From the IMG/VR virus record IMGVR_UViG_3300044619_001118, positions 1-64,000 of that record: 64,000 bases of DNA. One strand, 5' to 3'. The notes under the pieces are model-generated. The model made no database searches. It was not told the DNA's origin and worked only from the letters and a program-made list of their open reading frames with translations. The DNA comes from a virus. Positions 19,614-29,598 of the stretch are shown piece after piece. The translations under genes were made by a program, and so were the position numbers. Each line of letters opens with the position of its first letter. Position 1 is the stretch's first letter.

Positions 19614-20401
19614 TGGCTTTTAGTTTTGGTAAAATGAATGACCCAGATGCAACATTATTCATTCAGGTGTCTGAAATAACGGGTTCTACACAACGTGGTG
19701 CCATCGTTGACCTTGTAAAAGATTTGAAATCAAATAATTTGTGGTCAAAAATGAAAGCCATTTATCCGTTCGTCGGTGGAACTACCACAACTCATAAATG
19801 GAATCTAAAAGACCCACGAGATGTTGATGATGCGTTTCGTTTGACATTTAGTGGTGGATGGACTCATAGAAGTACAGGTGCTCTGGGTAACGGTAGTAAC
19901 GCTTGGGCAAATACTAATCTAAACATTTTTAATAATTTAACGAATGGCGATTTTTCTATTTCGGCATACGTTGTCACTGGTAGCGTAAATAACCAACAAT
20001 ATACTGGAGAGCTAAATTGCAATGCTAACCCATACAACCCTGCCGGTTTGATAGGATTGAGAGTATTCAACAGGACGATAGGAAGTGCTCAATTTAATGG
20101 TGGCGATGACCGCACGGAAAGTGCCGCGGCTTCGTCTACTACAATGGGATATGCTATTGGTAGTGAAACATCTAATTCAAATAGAAAATTTTACAAGAAT
20201 AATTCTTTACTCGATACTAATACAGTAAATTCCACGACGGCGTTACAAAATGGTAATCTATGGCTTTTGTGGGGTGGTTTTGAATATGCCTTATCTGAAT
20301 TAGCTTTTGTACATATTGGTTCCGGTCTAACAGATGCTGAAGCCAGTTCACTCTACACAATAGTCCAAAAATATCAAACAACATTAGGAAGACAAGTATG
20401 A
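19613..20401 (+). CDS. Putative receptor-binding / lectin-like virion protein, paralog A
   Basis: Shares LKSNNLWSKMKAIYPFVGGT...HKWNLKDPRD and YQTTLGRQV with 20928-21761; central region divergent. Confidence 0.55.
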   Translation: MAFSFGKMNDPDATLFIQVSEITGSTQRGAIVDLVKDLKSNNLWSKMKAIYPFVGGTTTTHKWNLKDPRDVDDAFRLTFSGGWTHRSTGALGNGSNAWANTNLNIFNNLTNGDFSISAYVVTGSVNNQQYTGELNCNANPYNPAGLIGLRVFNRTIGSAQFNGGDDRTESAAASSTTMGYAIGSETSNSNRKFYKNNSLLDTNTVNSTTALQNGNLWLLWGGFEYALSELAFVHIGSGLTDAEASSLYTIVQKYQTTLGRQV

Positions 20402-20652
20402 AACTAACAGACATATCACAAGAACAATGGTCAACCTACGTCGGTATTCTAACCGAAGAACAAAAAGATTCCATAGTTGGTCAACAATTTACTACCGATA
20501 GTTTCTTCAATCCTATTCACGATAAGAATGATAATTGGATTATATCGGTAGAAGAAATGGCTTATTGTACAAATTCAACCTTCTTATGGGTAAAAGACCT
20601 TGACCTTATTCCTTACGAACCAAAAGAATATCCATCACCATTCGGAATATAA
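20398..20652 (+). CDS. Small acidic hypothetical protein
   Basis: 84 aa; ATGA overlap with the upstream gene; ends PSPFGI. Confidence 0.7.
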   Translation: MKLTDISQEQWSTYVGILTEEQKDSIVGQQFTTDSFFNPIHDKNDNWIISVEEMAYCTNSTFLWVKDLDLIPYEPKEYPSPFGI

Positions 20653-20669
20653 AAACGGAGGTACATTAA

Positions 20670-20924
20670 ATGCAAGAAAGAACATTTCTTATTATACCCG
20701 TCTCGGAATTGAGTAAAGTAGATTTTACACAAGTCCTAGAAACATCACCCGATACCGTTCGTAAATCAGTTGACGGAACGAAAACATTCATCAAGTGGGA
20801 AGGGGAAACACCCCTTTTCATCAGTGAAATCGTTGGTTCTGAAGGGCCATACACGTATGATGGGATATTAGAAATACTAGCAACACCGGAATGGAACAAT
20901 CCAAATCCGTTTGGTATGGAGTAA
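20670..20924 (+). CDS. Small acidic hypothetical protein
   Basis: 84 aa; GGAGG upstream; ends PNPFGME. Confidence 0.7.
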   Translation: MQERTFLIIPVSELSKVDFTQVLETSPDTVRKSVDGTKTFIKWEGETPLFISEIVGSEGPYTYDGILEILATPEWNNPNPFGME

Positions 20925-20927
20925 AAA

Positions 20928-21761
20928 ATGTCAGGTCGTGTTGGTAAAAAAGGTGATGAAGATGCAGAATCATTTCTTACTGCAGCTGGTATTACAGACA
21001 ATATTGAATATTGGGCTGTAATAAAATTAACAAGAGATTTGAAATCAAATAATTTGTGGTCAAAAATGAAAGCCATTTATCCCTTCGTTGGTGGAACTGC
21101 AAGTACACATAAATGGAATCTAAAAGACCCAAGAGATGTTGATGCTGCGTTTCGTCTTAGTTTTCAAGGCGGATGGACTCATAGTATCACAGGTGCAGAC
21201 CCAAATGGAACTAATGCTTATGCTAATACGTTTTTTACACCCAATGGTCAATTGGCATTATTTGACGGACATCTGAGCTATTATGCAAGGGAAAACATAA
21301 CTGTTACAGGAAGTACACAATCTGTAATAGGTGTTGGTTCTAATAGTGGTGGTTGGAATGGTAGAGAGGCATGGTTTATAGAGTTTGCATCTAATAATGC
21401 AAATTACTCCCATCATTCCACAAATGCTACAACCGATAGAGGTTATGTAACACCAACTATATCTATGCAGGGTTATAGTATAGGAACAAGAAGAACTAGC
21501 GACCCGACTACACTAAAATTCTTCAAAAACAACATTCTAATATCGTCAGCATCTACTTCTGTTGCCGGTCAGGCATTGAACATATATCCGGTTTATATTG
21601 CATCTTTTAGGAATCAGACAACTAGTTCTCCATTTGCATCAAATTACACTTCTAATGAGTGTGCTTTTGCCACAATTGGAAACGGTCTCACAGACTCGGA
21701 AGTCAGCTCACTCCACACAATAGTCCAAAAATATCAAACAACATTAGGAAGACAAGTATAA
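20928..21761 (+). CDS. Putative receptor-binding / lectin-like virion protein, paralog B
   Basis: Paralog of 19613-20401 with identical 48-bp and 45-bp flanking blocks; GGAG upstream. Confidence 0.55.
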   Translation: MSGRVGKKGDEDAESFLTAAGITDNIEYWAVIKLTRDLKSNNLWSKMKAIYPFVGGTASTHKWNLKDPRDVDAAFRLSFQGGWTHSITGADPNGTNAYANTFFTPNGQLALFDGHLSYYARENITVTGSTQSVIGVGSNSGGWNGREAWFIEFASNNANYSHHSTNATTDRGYVTPTISMQGYSIGTRRTSDPTTLKFFKNNILISSASTSVAGQALNIYPVYIASFRNQTTSSPFASNYTSNECAFATIGNGLTDSEVSSLHTIVQKYQTTLGRQV

Positions 21762-21839
21762 CATAATTCCATCGGTATCTCATATTTATATCTATACACA
21801 AAACTACACCACTAATCTTGGATAGGGAAAAGATATAGT

Positions 21840-22682
21840 ATGCCTAATGAGTTTGTAATTAAGAATGGGTTTTTCTCACAAGGAAACTCAAACGTCACCG
21901 GTTCATTTACCGTAACAGGTTCAATGACAGTAATTGGTCCTGAAATTGTAGCCGGAGACCTTACTGTCCGAGGCAATCTAATCGCCTCATCAAGTACGTC
22001 AACTACGAATGCTTCTGTTCGAAATCTAAACATCATAAACAACACAACAGGAACTGCAACACAAAGTCTTGGTGTTGGTATTGAATTTGAATCAGAAACA
22101 AGTACAACAGAAAATACAACCGTCGGTTTCCTTGATTATGTATGGACAGACCATACTAATGGAACCGAATGGGGTCAATCAGAAATAACTCTGAAAGATA
22201 CAGGAACTTCTGTTCGGTCTCATTTGTTTGCACCAGGTGTTATTGGTTCGTTTAATGGTGGACTTATAGCCGCAACACCACAACTTGGTGACTTCACAGG
22301 AGCATATCCAGAATATAAAGTATATGCATCGGGTAGTACAACAGATGGAACGCAAACATCACTTTCATTCAATGTGTGGAATAACCCAGCTGGATTGGCT
22401 GTTCCAAACGATACAACTTGGATGTTTACTTCGTATATTGTTGCAAGAAGAACTGATGCTGATAATGAAAGTGCGGCATACTGGTTACAAGGTGCCATAG
22501 ATAATAATGCAGGAACAGTTGCTCTTGTTGGTGCCGTTCAAATCACGGCAATAGAAGATACACCGGCATGGGCAGCAACTGCGGTTGCAATTGGTGGTAG
22601 ATTAGTCTTACGAGTGACTGGTGAAGCTGCAAAAACTATTCGATGGAACGCAGTAACTCATATTGTCCAAGTTAGTGGATAA
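21840..22682 (+). CDS. Tail fibre-associated structural protein
   Basis: 280 aa; beta-strand repeats at the N-terminus (VTGSFTVTGSMTVIG), beta-sandwich-like C-terminus. Confidence 0.55.
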   Translation: MPNEFVIKNGFFSQGNSNVTGSFTVTGSMTVIGPEIVAGDLTVRGNLIASSSTSTTNASVRNLNIINNTTGTATQSLGVGIEFESETSTTENTTVGFLDYVWTDHTNGTEWGQSEITLKDTGTSVRSHLFAPGVIGSFNGGLIAATPQLGDFTGAYPEYKVYASGSTTDGTQTSLSFNVWNNPAGLAVPNDTTWMFTSYIVARRTDADNESAAYWLQGAIDNNAGTVALVGAVQITAIEDTPAWAATAVAIGGRLVLRVTGEAAKTIRWNAVTHIVQVSG

Positions 22683-22707
22683 TTATAAGTAAAAGGAGTA
22701 ATGAAGT

Positions 22708-23073
22708 ATGTCAAATTGGTCAAGAAGTCTTGCTGGAGTACAAACTCTTTCGGAAGTAAGTGCAAGTGCTGCAATTAGTGGTGGTACACTTACATTAGAT
22801 TTGAGTACCGCTGGTATTTTTTACGTCAATTTAAATGCAAATGTAACTACCTTGACAATATCAAATACTCAAACAATCGGTGCAAGTGCTTTTACATTGA
22901 TATTTATTGCTGATGGAACACCTCGTTCAGTTACATGGGGTGCAAGTATTTTATGGCCAGGTGGAACTGCACCAACACTTACTTCAACAAACGGTAAAGA
23001 TGATATATTTTCATTTGTAACGATAGACGGTGGTACAACTTGGTATGGATTCAACGGAGGTCAGAATTTATAA
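22708..23073 (+). CDS. Small beta-sandwich fibre adaptor-like protein
   Basis: Pattern LTLDLS...FTLI...DGT.RSVTW...ILWPGGTAPTLT...DIFSFVT.DGGTTWYG resembles a fibre C-terminal domain; directly precedes the RCC1 gene. Confidence 0.6.
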   Translation: MSNWSRSLAGVQTLSEVSASAAISGGTLTLDLSTAGIFYVNLNANVTTLTISNTQTIGASAFTLIFIADGTPRSVTWGASILWPGGTAPTLTSTNGKDDIFSFVTIDGGTTWYGFNGGQNL

Positions 23074-23076
23074 GTT

Positions 23077-26000
23077 ATGCCTTTTATTAAAAACATAGTA
23101 GTACAGAAAACAAAGACTCTAGCGGCACCAGTTATACAATACTCACTTTGGGGTTGGGGGGATGGCACTGTTGGTCAAACGGATAATGATATACTTACTT
23201 ACGTTCCATATCCAGTAGATAATGGAACAACATGGGTGAGTGGGAGTGGTGGTGCCTCACATACAATGGCTATAAAAACAGACGGAACTCTATGGGGTTG
23301 GGGTGCTAATGCATTCGGTCAACTTGGTGACCGTACTGTGATAAATAGAAGTTCTCCAGTTCAAATAGGAACTCTTACAAACTGGTTAAAAATTTCTCGC
23401 GCCGGTAATACTACATTGTCTATAAAAACAGACGGAGCACTTTGGGCATGGGGTTCAAATGCGTCGGGTCAATTAGGTGATGGTACTGTCATAAATAGAA
23501 GTTCTCCTGTTCAAATTGGAACTCTTACAAACTGGGCATCTGTCTCTGGTACAGTTTCACATACAATGGCTATAAAAACCGATGGAACTCTTTGGGGTTG
23601 GGGACTTGGTTCATCTGGACAGATTGGTGACGGTACTATTATTTCAAGGTCTTCACCTGTTCAAATTGGAACTCTAACAAATTGGGCATCTGTTTCTGCT
23701 AATAGTCTTTACTCAATGGCTATAAAAACTGACGGAACTCTTTGGGGTTGGGGACTTGGTACATCTGGACAATTAGGTGATAATACTGCTTTATCTAGAA
23801 GTTCTCCTGTTCAAATAGGAACTCTTACAAACTGGGCATCTGTCACTGGTGGTTCTGGTCATACAATGGCCATAAAAACAGACGGAACACTTTGGGGTTG
23901 GGGTGCAAACACAAGCGGACAGATTGGTGACGGTACTACTACAACAAAGTTTTCACCTGTTCAAATTGGAACTCTAACAAACTGGGCATCTGTTATTGCT
24001 AGTGGTAATCCCGGCGGTAATCATACAATATCCATAAAAACCGATGGAACTCTGTGGGTTTGGGGTAATTCTACTTCTGGTCAATTAGGTGACGGTACTA
24101 CTAATGATAGAAGTTCTCCTGTTCAAATAGGAACTCTTACAAACTGGGCATCTGTTTCTGCTGGGTCATCCCATACAATAGCCATAAAAACAGACGGAAC
24201 AATATATACATGGGGAGCTGCATTATCTGGACAACTTGGATATACGATGCAACGTTCCTCACCTGTTCAAATTGGTGATGGTTATTCTTGGTCAAACATT
24301 GATGCAGGCCGAATCGGCACCAGTGCAGGACTTCACACAATGGGTGTTAAAACCAATGGAACTCTATGGGGTTGGGGTGGAAATCCATCTGGTCAACTAG
24401 GTGACGGTACTTTGATATTTAGAAGTTCACCTGTTCAAATAGGAACTCTTACAAACTGGTCATCTGTTGAATGTGGTACTGATTCTTCATTTGGTTTGAA
24501 AACGGATAATACCTTATGGGGTTGGGGATACAACGTAAATTTTGAACTCGGAGACGGCACATCTACATCTAAGAGCTCCCCCGTTCAGATTGGAAGTTTA
24601 TCATGGAAAAAAGTTTCAGCTGGTGCTGCGTTTACAGTTGCTATTTCATCTGATGATAAATTGCAATCATGGGGGTCTACTTCTGCTGGTAAACTTGGAT
24701 TTGGATTTAATAACAGTCCTGTTCAATTAAATTCCACATATGATTGGTCAAGTGCAGCTGCATCTGCCGGAAGTATTATTGGATTAAAAACAAACGGAAC
24801 TCTGTGGTCATGGGGAAGTAATACACAAGGTGAACTCGGTTTAAATGATACAATAACTAGGTCATCACCCGTCCAAATAGGAACAGATGTAAACTGGTAT
24901 TCAATTGATATGGGATTCGAAATAGGCTCAACATCGGTCGGCGCGATAAAAACAGATGGTACACTTTGGACATGGGGGAACGGTGGTAGTGGACAGTTAG
25001 GTCATTCAAATACGGCAAATCGAAGTTCACCTGTTCAAGTTGGAACTTTAACAAGTTGGTCTAAAATCTCTGTTGGAACCGCATGGATGATGGCATCAAG
25101 AACAGATGGAACTCTTTGGGTATGGGGTGGTTCTCCTAATTTTGGACAACTTGGTCAAAATAACACAAGTACCTTTAGTTCTCCTGTTCAAATAGGAACA
25201 CTAAATACATGGTCACAAATTGCAGCAGGTCGATATAGCGCATTTGCTATAAAAACAGATGGAACATTATGGTCTTGGGGATTAAATACAAGTGGTGAAC
25301 TTGGAGACGGAACAGTAATTAATAGAAGTTCTCCTGTTCAAATAGGAACTCTTACAAACTGGTCAAAAATATATGCCGGTGGTGATTCAACATCTGCTGG
25401 TTCAACGATAGCTATAAAAACAGATGGTACTCTTTGGATGTGGGGCCGATATGCATCCGATGGTACAACAGTTTCACGAAGTTCTCCTGTTCAAATAGGA
25501 ACACTCACGAATTGGTTATCTGCGTCCTCTGGAGGAAATGTTTCGAACTTTGCAATAAAAACCAACGGAACTTTATGGACTCTAACTTCCTTTAGTAATG
25601 GAGATACTGGAGATGGAACTTATAATGGTAGAAGTTCTCCTGTTCAAATTGGTACTTTAACGTCATGGTCTTTTGCATTAGCGACTAGTTCAACTGGTTA
25701 TGCCATAAAAACTGATGGTTCTTTGTGGGGATGGGGTGGCAATGTATTGGCATACTATCCAAAAGTAATTCATGCTCAAAACACTTCAAATATTATAAGA
25801 CCCTGTATAATAGATGTGGATAATTGGGGTGAAGTTTCTGCTGGAGCTAGTTATTCTATGGCCATAAAAACAGACGGAACACTTTGGGGTTGGGGTAGAA
25901 ACGGCAACGGTCAGTTGGGTGATAATACGACCACAACACGGTCTCAACTTGTTCAAATAGGCAATCTCACTGATTGGTCAAAAGTTTCTGCTGGTGATTC

Positions 26001-28479
26001 ACACACGATGGCTATCAAAACCGACGGAACTCTATGGTCTTGGGGAACGGGAACTAGTGGTCAGTTGGGATTAGAATCAACAACACCATCGTGGACTATT
26101 GACAGAGGAACTAACTGGGCAACAATTTCTGGAGGTGCTACATATACATTAGCCGTAAAAACAGATGGAACACTATGGTCTTGGGGGAATGGTCTTCTAG
26201 GCCGATTAGGCACCGGTAATACTACAAGTAGAAGTTCACCTACTCAAATTGGAACCCTCACAAACTGGTCATCTGTTTCTGCTGGTTTTGGTAATAATTT
26301 AGCCCTAAAAACTGATGGAACTATGTGGGGATGGGGACAAAATGCAAATGGAGAAATCGGAGATTTTACTTTAACTTCCAGAAGTTCTCCTGTTCAAGTT
26401 GGACTTAATGCAAGTAATTGGTTATCTGTTTCTATGGGTTCAAATCATGGAGTCGGAATCAAAACCGATTACACAATTTGGTCATGGGGCGTTAATAGTT
26501 CAGGTCAACTTGGTGATGGCACCACAACTTCAACTAGTTTTCCTGCTCAAATTGGAACTGGCACAGACTGGTCAAAAGTTTCTTGTGGTCAAAATCACAC
26601 AATTGCCATAAAAACAGATGGAACTCTTTGGGCATGGGGTGGAAATTCCGTTGGACAATTAGGTGATAATAATAGTCCATTTGGCAAAAGTTCACCTGTT
26701 CAAATTGGGACTCTTACAAATTGGTCATCTGTTTCCGCTGGTTCTAATAATTCACTTGCTATAAAATCGGATGGAACTTTATGGGCATGGGGCTCGAATA
26801 CTAATGGACGATTGGGAATAACAACACCAGTTTTACCAATAAAATTGGATAGTGGTGCTAATTGGTCAACTGCTGGTTTATCTTCACATTCTATGGTTGT
26901 AAAAACCGATGGAACTCTATGGGGATGGGGATTAAATTCAAACGGACAATTAGGACTTAATGATACAATAAATAGATCGTCACCTGTACAAATCGGCACA
27001 GACACTAATTGGTCAACTGTTGCTGCTAATTCTGGATTTACACTTGCTATAAAAACAGATGGAACACTTTGGTCATGGGGACAAAATTCAAATGGTCAAC
27101 TTGGTCAGACTATATCAACTGGTATAAATCGTTCTTCACCCGTTCAAGTTGGTACTTTAACAAATTGGTCAAAAATATCAATAGGACCAAATTTTGCAAC
27201 TTCTATTAAAACAGACGGTACTTTATGGGTGTGGGGTAGTAATGGAAACGCTCAACTCGGTTTAAATAATTTTACTCAACATTCTTCTCCTGTGCAAGTC
27301 GGCACAGACACTAATTGGTCTTCCATATCTGCCGGCGGTAACGCATTTTGTGTTGCTATTAAAACAGATGGAACACTATGGTCTTGGGGTAATAATACAA
27401 ATGCTGAACTTGGACAAAATAATACCATATCTAGAAGTTCTCCTGTTCAAATAGGAACAGATGTAAACTGGTCAAGAATATCAGCCGGCGCATCTGTTAC
27501 ATTAGCTATAAAAACAGACGGAACTCTATGGGGATGGGGCGCCAATGCAGCATATTCTCAAATAGGTGATGGGACATCTACAACTAGAAGTTCCCCTGTT
27601 CAAGTTGGTACGCTAACAAATTGGTCTTCCATATCTGTTGGTGGTCAAACATCCACTGCATTAAAAACAGATGGGACTCTATGGACATGGGGTGGCGGTT
27701 CAAATGGTGAATTTGGCGACGGAACTTTTACTTCCCCAAGAAATTCCCCAGTTCAAGTCGGCACTCGCACAGATTGGAAATCTGTATTTGCTGCTGGTTC
27801 AGTGCCAACCAGTATTTACCATGTAATGGCAATCGATACATCGAATAACTTATATGGGTGGGGAATAAATACCACAGGACAACTTGGTTTAAATAATGTA
27901 GTATCATACAATTCAACTGGATATTCATCGCCAATTCAAGTGGGTACTCTTACAAATTGGGCATCTGTTTCTGCTAACGGTGGTAGTGGTGGTTCACATA
28001 CAATTGCTGTAAAAACCGATGGAACTCTATGGGGTTGGGGTGGAAATCCATCTGCTCAATTAGGTGACGGTACTCTTGTAACTAGAAGTTCTCCTGTTCA
28101 AATAGGAACTCTTACAAATTGGTCGAGAATTTCTGCTGGTGGTGGACATTCAATATCAATAAAGACAGATGGTACACTACGTGCATGGGGTGGAAACACA
28201 AATGGCGAATTGGGTAGAGGATTCATAGCCGGCCCAGTTTCCCGTTCTTCACCTGTTCAATTGGGCGAAGACCAATGGACATCGGTTTATGCCGAAAATT
28301 CAAATACAATGGCAATCCGCTCAGATGGAACTCTTTGGGGGTGGGGTCTAAATACAGCCGGTTATATTGGAGATGGAACGGTAATTTCTCGTTCATACCC
28401 CGTACAAATTGGTACATACTCTAAATGGAAACAAGTTTCTTCTGGTGCTTCTCATACCGTTGCTATTCGTGAAGAATAA
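23077..28479 (+). CDS. RCC1/BLIP-II-type repeat protein, 35 repeats (five 7-bladed propellers)
   Basis: 35 copies counted of ~50-aa LWxWG..GQLGDGT...RSSPVQIGTLTNW..VS.G..HT.AIKTDGT. Confidence 0.9.
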   Translation: MPFIKNIVVQKTKTLAAPVIQYSLWGWGDGTVGQTDNDILTYVPYPVDNGTTWVSGSGGASHTMAIKTDGTLWGWGANAFGQLGDRTVINRSSPVQIGTLTNWLKISRAGNTTLSIKTDGALWAWGSNASGQLGDGTVINRSSPVQIGTLTNWASVSGTVSHTMAIKTDGTLWGWGLGSSGQIGDGTIISRSSPVQIGTLTNWASVSANSLYSMAIKTDGTLWGWGLGTSGQLGDNTALSRSSPVQIGTLTNWASVTGGSGHTMAIKTDGTLWGWGANTSGQIGDGTTTTKFSPVQIGTLTNWASVIASGNPGGNHTISIKTDGTLWVWGNSTSGQLGDGTTNDRSSPVQIGTLTNWASVSAGSSHTIAIKTDGTIYTWGAALSGQLGYTMQRSSPVQIGDGYSWSNIDAGRIGTSAGLHTMGVKTNGTLWGWGGNPSGQLGDGTLIFRSSPVQIGTLTNWSSVECGTDSSFGLKTDNTLWGWGYNVNFELGDGTSTSKSSPVQIGSLSWKKVSAGAAFTVAISSDDKLQSWGSTSAGKLGFGFNNSPVQLNSTYDWSSAAASAGSIIGLKTNGTLWSWGSNTQGELGLNDTITRSSPVQIGTDVNWYSIDMGFEIGSTSVGAIKTDGTLWTWGNGGSGQLGHSNTANRSSPVQVGTLTSWSKISVGTAWMMASRTDGTLWVWGGSPNFGQLGQNNTSTFSSPVQIGTLNTWSQIAAGRYSAFAIKTDGTLWSWGLNTSGELGDGTVINRSSPVQIGTLTNWSKIYAGGDSTSAGSTIAIKTDGTLWMWGRYASDGTTVSRSSPVQIGTLTNWLSASSGGNVSNFAIKTNGTLWTLTSFSNGDTGDGTYNGRSSPVQIGTLTSWSFALATSSTGYAIKTDGSLWGWGGNVLAYYPKVIHAQNTSNIIRPCIIDVDNWGEVSAGASYSMAIKTDGTLWGWGRNGNGQLGDNTTTTRSQLVQIGNLTDWSKVSAGDSHTMAIKTDGTLWSWGTGTSGQLGLESTTPSWTIDRGTNWATISGGATYTLAVKTDGTLWSWGNGLLGRLGTGNTTSRSSPTQIGTLTNWSSVSAGFGNNLALKTDGTMWGWGQNANGEIGDFTLTSRSSPVQVGLNASNWLSVSMGSNHGVGIKTDYTIWSWGVNSSGQLGDGTTTSTSFPAQIGTGTDWSKVSCGQNHTIAIKTDGTLWAWGGNSVGQLGDNNSPFGKSSPVQIGTLTNWSSVSAGSNNSLAIKSDGTLWAWGSNTNGRLGITTPVLPIKLDSGANWSTAGLSSHSMVVKTDGTLWGWGLNSNGQLGLNDTINRSSPVQIGTDTNWSTVAANSGFTLAIKTDGTLWSWGQNSNGQLGQTISTGINRSSPVQVGTLTNWSKISIGPNFATSIKTDGTLWVWGSNGNAQLGLNNFTQHSSPVQVGTDTNWSSISAGGNAFCVAIKTDGTLWSWGNNTNAELGQNNTISRSSPVQIGTDVNWSRISAGASVTLAIKTDGTLWGWGANAAYSQIGDGTSTTRSSPVQVGTLTNWSSISVGGQTSTALKTDGTLWTWGGGSNGEFGDGTFTSPRNSPVQVGTRTDWKSVFAAGSVPTSIYHVMAIDTSNNLYGWGINTTGQLGLNNVVSYNSTGYSSPIQVGTLTNWASVSANGGSGGSHTIAVKTDGTLWGWGGNPSAQLGDGTLVTRSSPVQIGTLTNWSRISAGGGHSISIKTDGTLRAWGGNTNGELGRGFIAGPVSRSSPVQLGEDQWTSVYAENSNTMAIRSDGTLWGWGLNTAGYIGDGTVISRSYPVQIGTYSKWKQVSSGASHTVAIREE

Positions 28480-28484
28480 TCCAC

Positions 28485-28515
28485 TTGGTATTTAAAAGAA
28501 AAATTACTATATTCA
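28485..28515 (+). promoter_or_regulatory. Possible Bacteroidota-type housekeeping promoter for the GT9-GT2-MTase operon
   Basis: TTG(28485-87)-N20-TATATTCA; same spacing as the 9308 site. Confidence 0.4.
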
Positions 28516-28572
28516 TACCATTCCATAGTTATAGTAATAAAAATGTTATGTTTAAGATAAAAGGTTATGTAA

Positions 28573-29598
28573 ATGAAAAACCGAGCAGATAAAATAGTAC
28601 CGGGTCAAATGCACCCACTTGATATTGCACTCCAAGCCAGCATTAACGGTCATCCTGAAATTAGTGAAGATATTTTACGTTCTCAACCACAAGATGACCT
28701 TCGAGTTCTTTTCAATCTTGGTTGGCACGAAATGAGACATGGTAATCTCAAAAAGGCAATGGAACACTTTAACTACGGTCGGTATATCGACGTATTTGGA
28801 CTACCACCACTTCCAGGAAAAATTTGGAAGGATGAACCACTCGAAGGAAAAACACTTCTTTTCAGATGTGAAGGTGGTTATGGAGACCAAATTCTTAACT
28901 TTCGTTTTGCAAAACATTTTGTAGAAAAAGGTGCAAGAGTTCTTGTCTCTTGTGCACCAGAATTAAAAGAAATATTTTCTCGTCACGGATATATTTGTAT
29001 TGACAATGAAGTTGCAATGGGTGCTCATTACGATTATTGGGTTCCAGCTATGTCAGCGGCATTTATCTTGGATATGGAATACGAAGACCTTGACGGTTCT
29101 CCATTTCTAAAACCAAAAGAACCAAGAACACTTTTCGCAAAGAAAGGAACTTTAAAGGTTGGTGTTCGTTGGTCTGGTAGTCCTGACTTTGAAGATGAAC
29201 AACATCGTAGATTTGACCCAAATCTTATGATTGACCTTCACGATATTCCAAATACAACATTCTATTCACTTCAACGTGATGAAAATCTTGTTGATGGTTT
29301 GCCATTTGGTGATATGAGAGAACAAATGAAATCATGGGAAGATACTGCAAACATCATGGCAGATTGTGACATTATCATTAGTTCTTGTACCGCAACTGCA
29401 CACCTTGCCGCGGCAATGGGTAAACCAACTTGGGTTCTAACTCCTATTATGCCTTACTATACTTGGGCAGTTCCTGGTGATGGTTCAAGGTGGTATGATT
29501 CGGTAAAGTTGTATCGTCAAGTAAAATATGGTGAATGGGATGTTCCATTCCAAAAGATTCGTGAAGACCTAACAAAGTTAGCGGAAAACCACAAATGA
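28573..29598 (+). CDS. TPR-like + GT9-like (GT-B) glycosyltransferase
   Basis: N-terminal helix pair VLFNLGW; EGGYGDQI.NFRF, KVGVRWSGSP, FYSLQ, WEDTA..MA.CD.IISSCTATAHLAAAMGKPTW, WYDSVKLYRQ. Confidence 0.8.
   Translation: MKNRADKIVPGQMHPLDIALQASINGHPEISEDILRSQPQDDLRVLFNLGWHEMRHGNLKKAMEHFNYGRYIDVFGLPPLPGKIWKDEPLEGKTLLFRCEGGYGDQILNFRFAKHFVEKGARVLVSCAPELKEIFSRHGYICIDNEVAMGAHYDYWVPAMSAAFILDMEYEDLDGSPFLKPKEPRTLFAKKGTLKVGVRWSGSPDFEDEQHRRFDPNLMIDLHDIPNTTFYSLQRDENLVDGLPFGDMREQMKSWEDTANIMADCDIIISSCTATAHLAAAMGKPTWVLTPIMPYYTWAVPGDGSRWYDSVKLYRQVKYGEWDVPFQKIREDLTKLAENHK

Noticed and set aside
19613-21761. Diversity-generating retroelement template/variable repeat pair
   Set aside because: No reverse transcriptase in the window, both copies are intact genes, and differences are not confined to adenines.
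23077-28479. Regularly spaced near-identical DNA (agaagttctcctgttcaaataggaactcttacaaactgg) resembling a CRISPR array
   Set aside because: ~150-bp in-frame period with synonymous variation; these are RCC1 repeats, and there are no cas genes.
23077-28479. Eukaryotic or giant-virus origin suggested by RCC1 repeats and the Mre11-Rad50 fusion
   Set aside because: T4-like terminase, portal, protease, capsid, sheath and tube, SD sites and intrinsic terminators all indicate a tailed bacteriophage.
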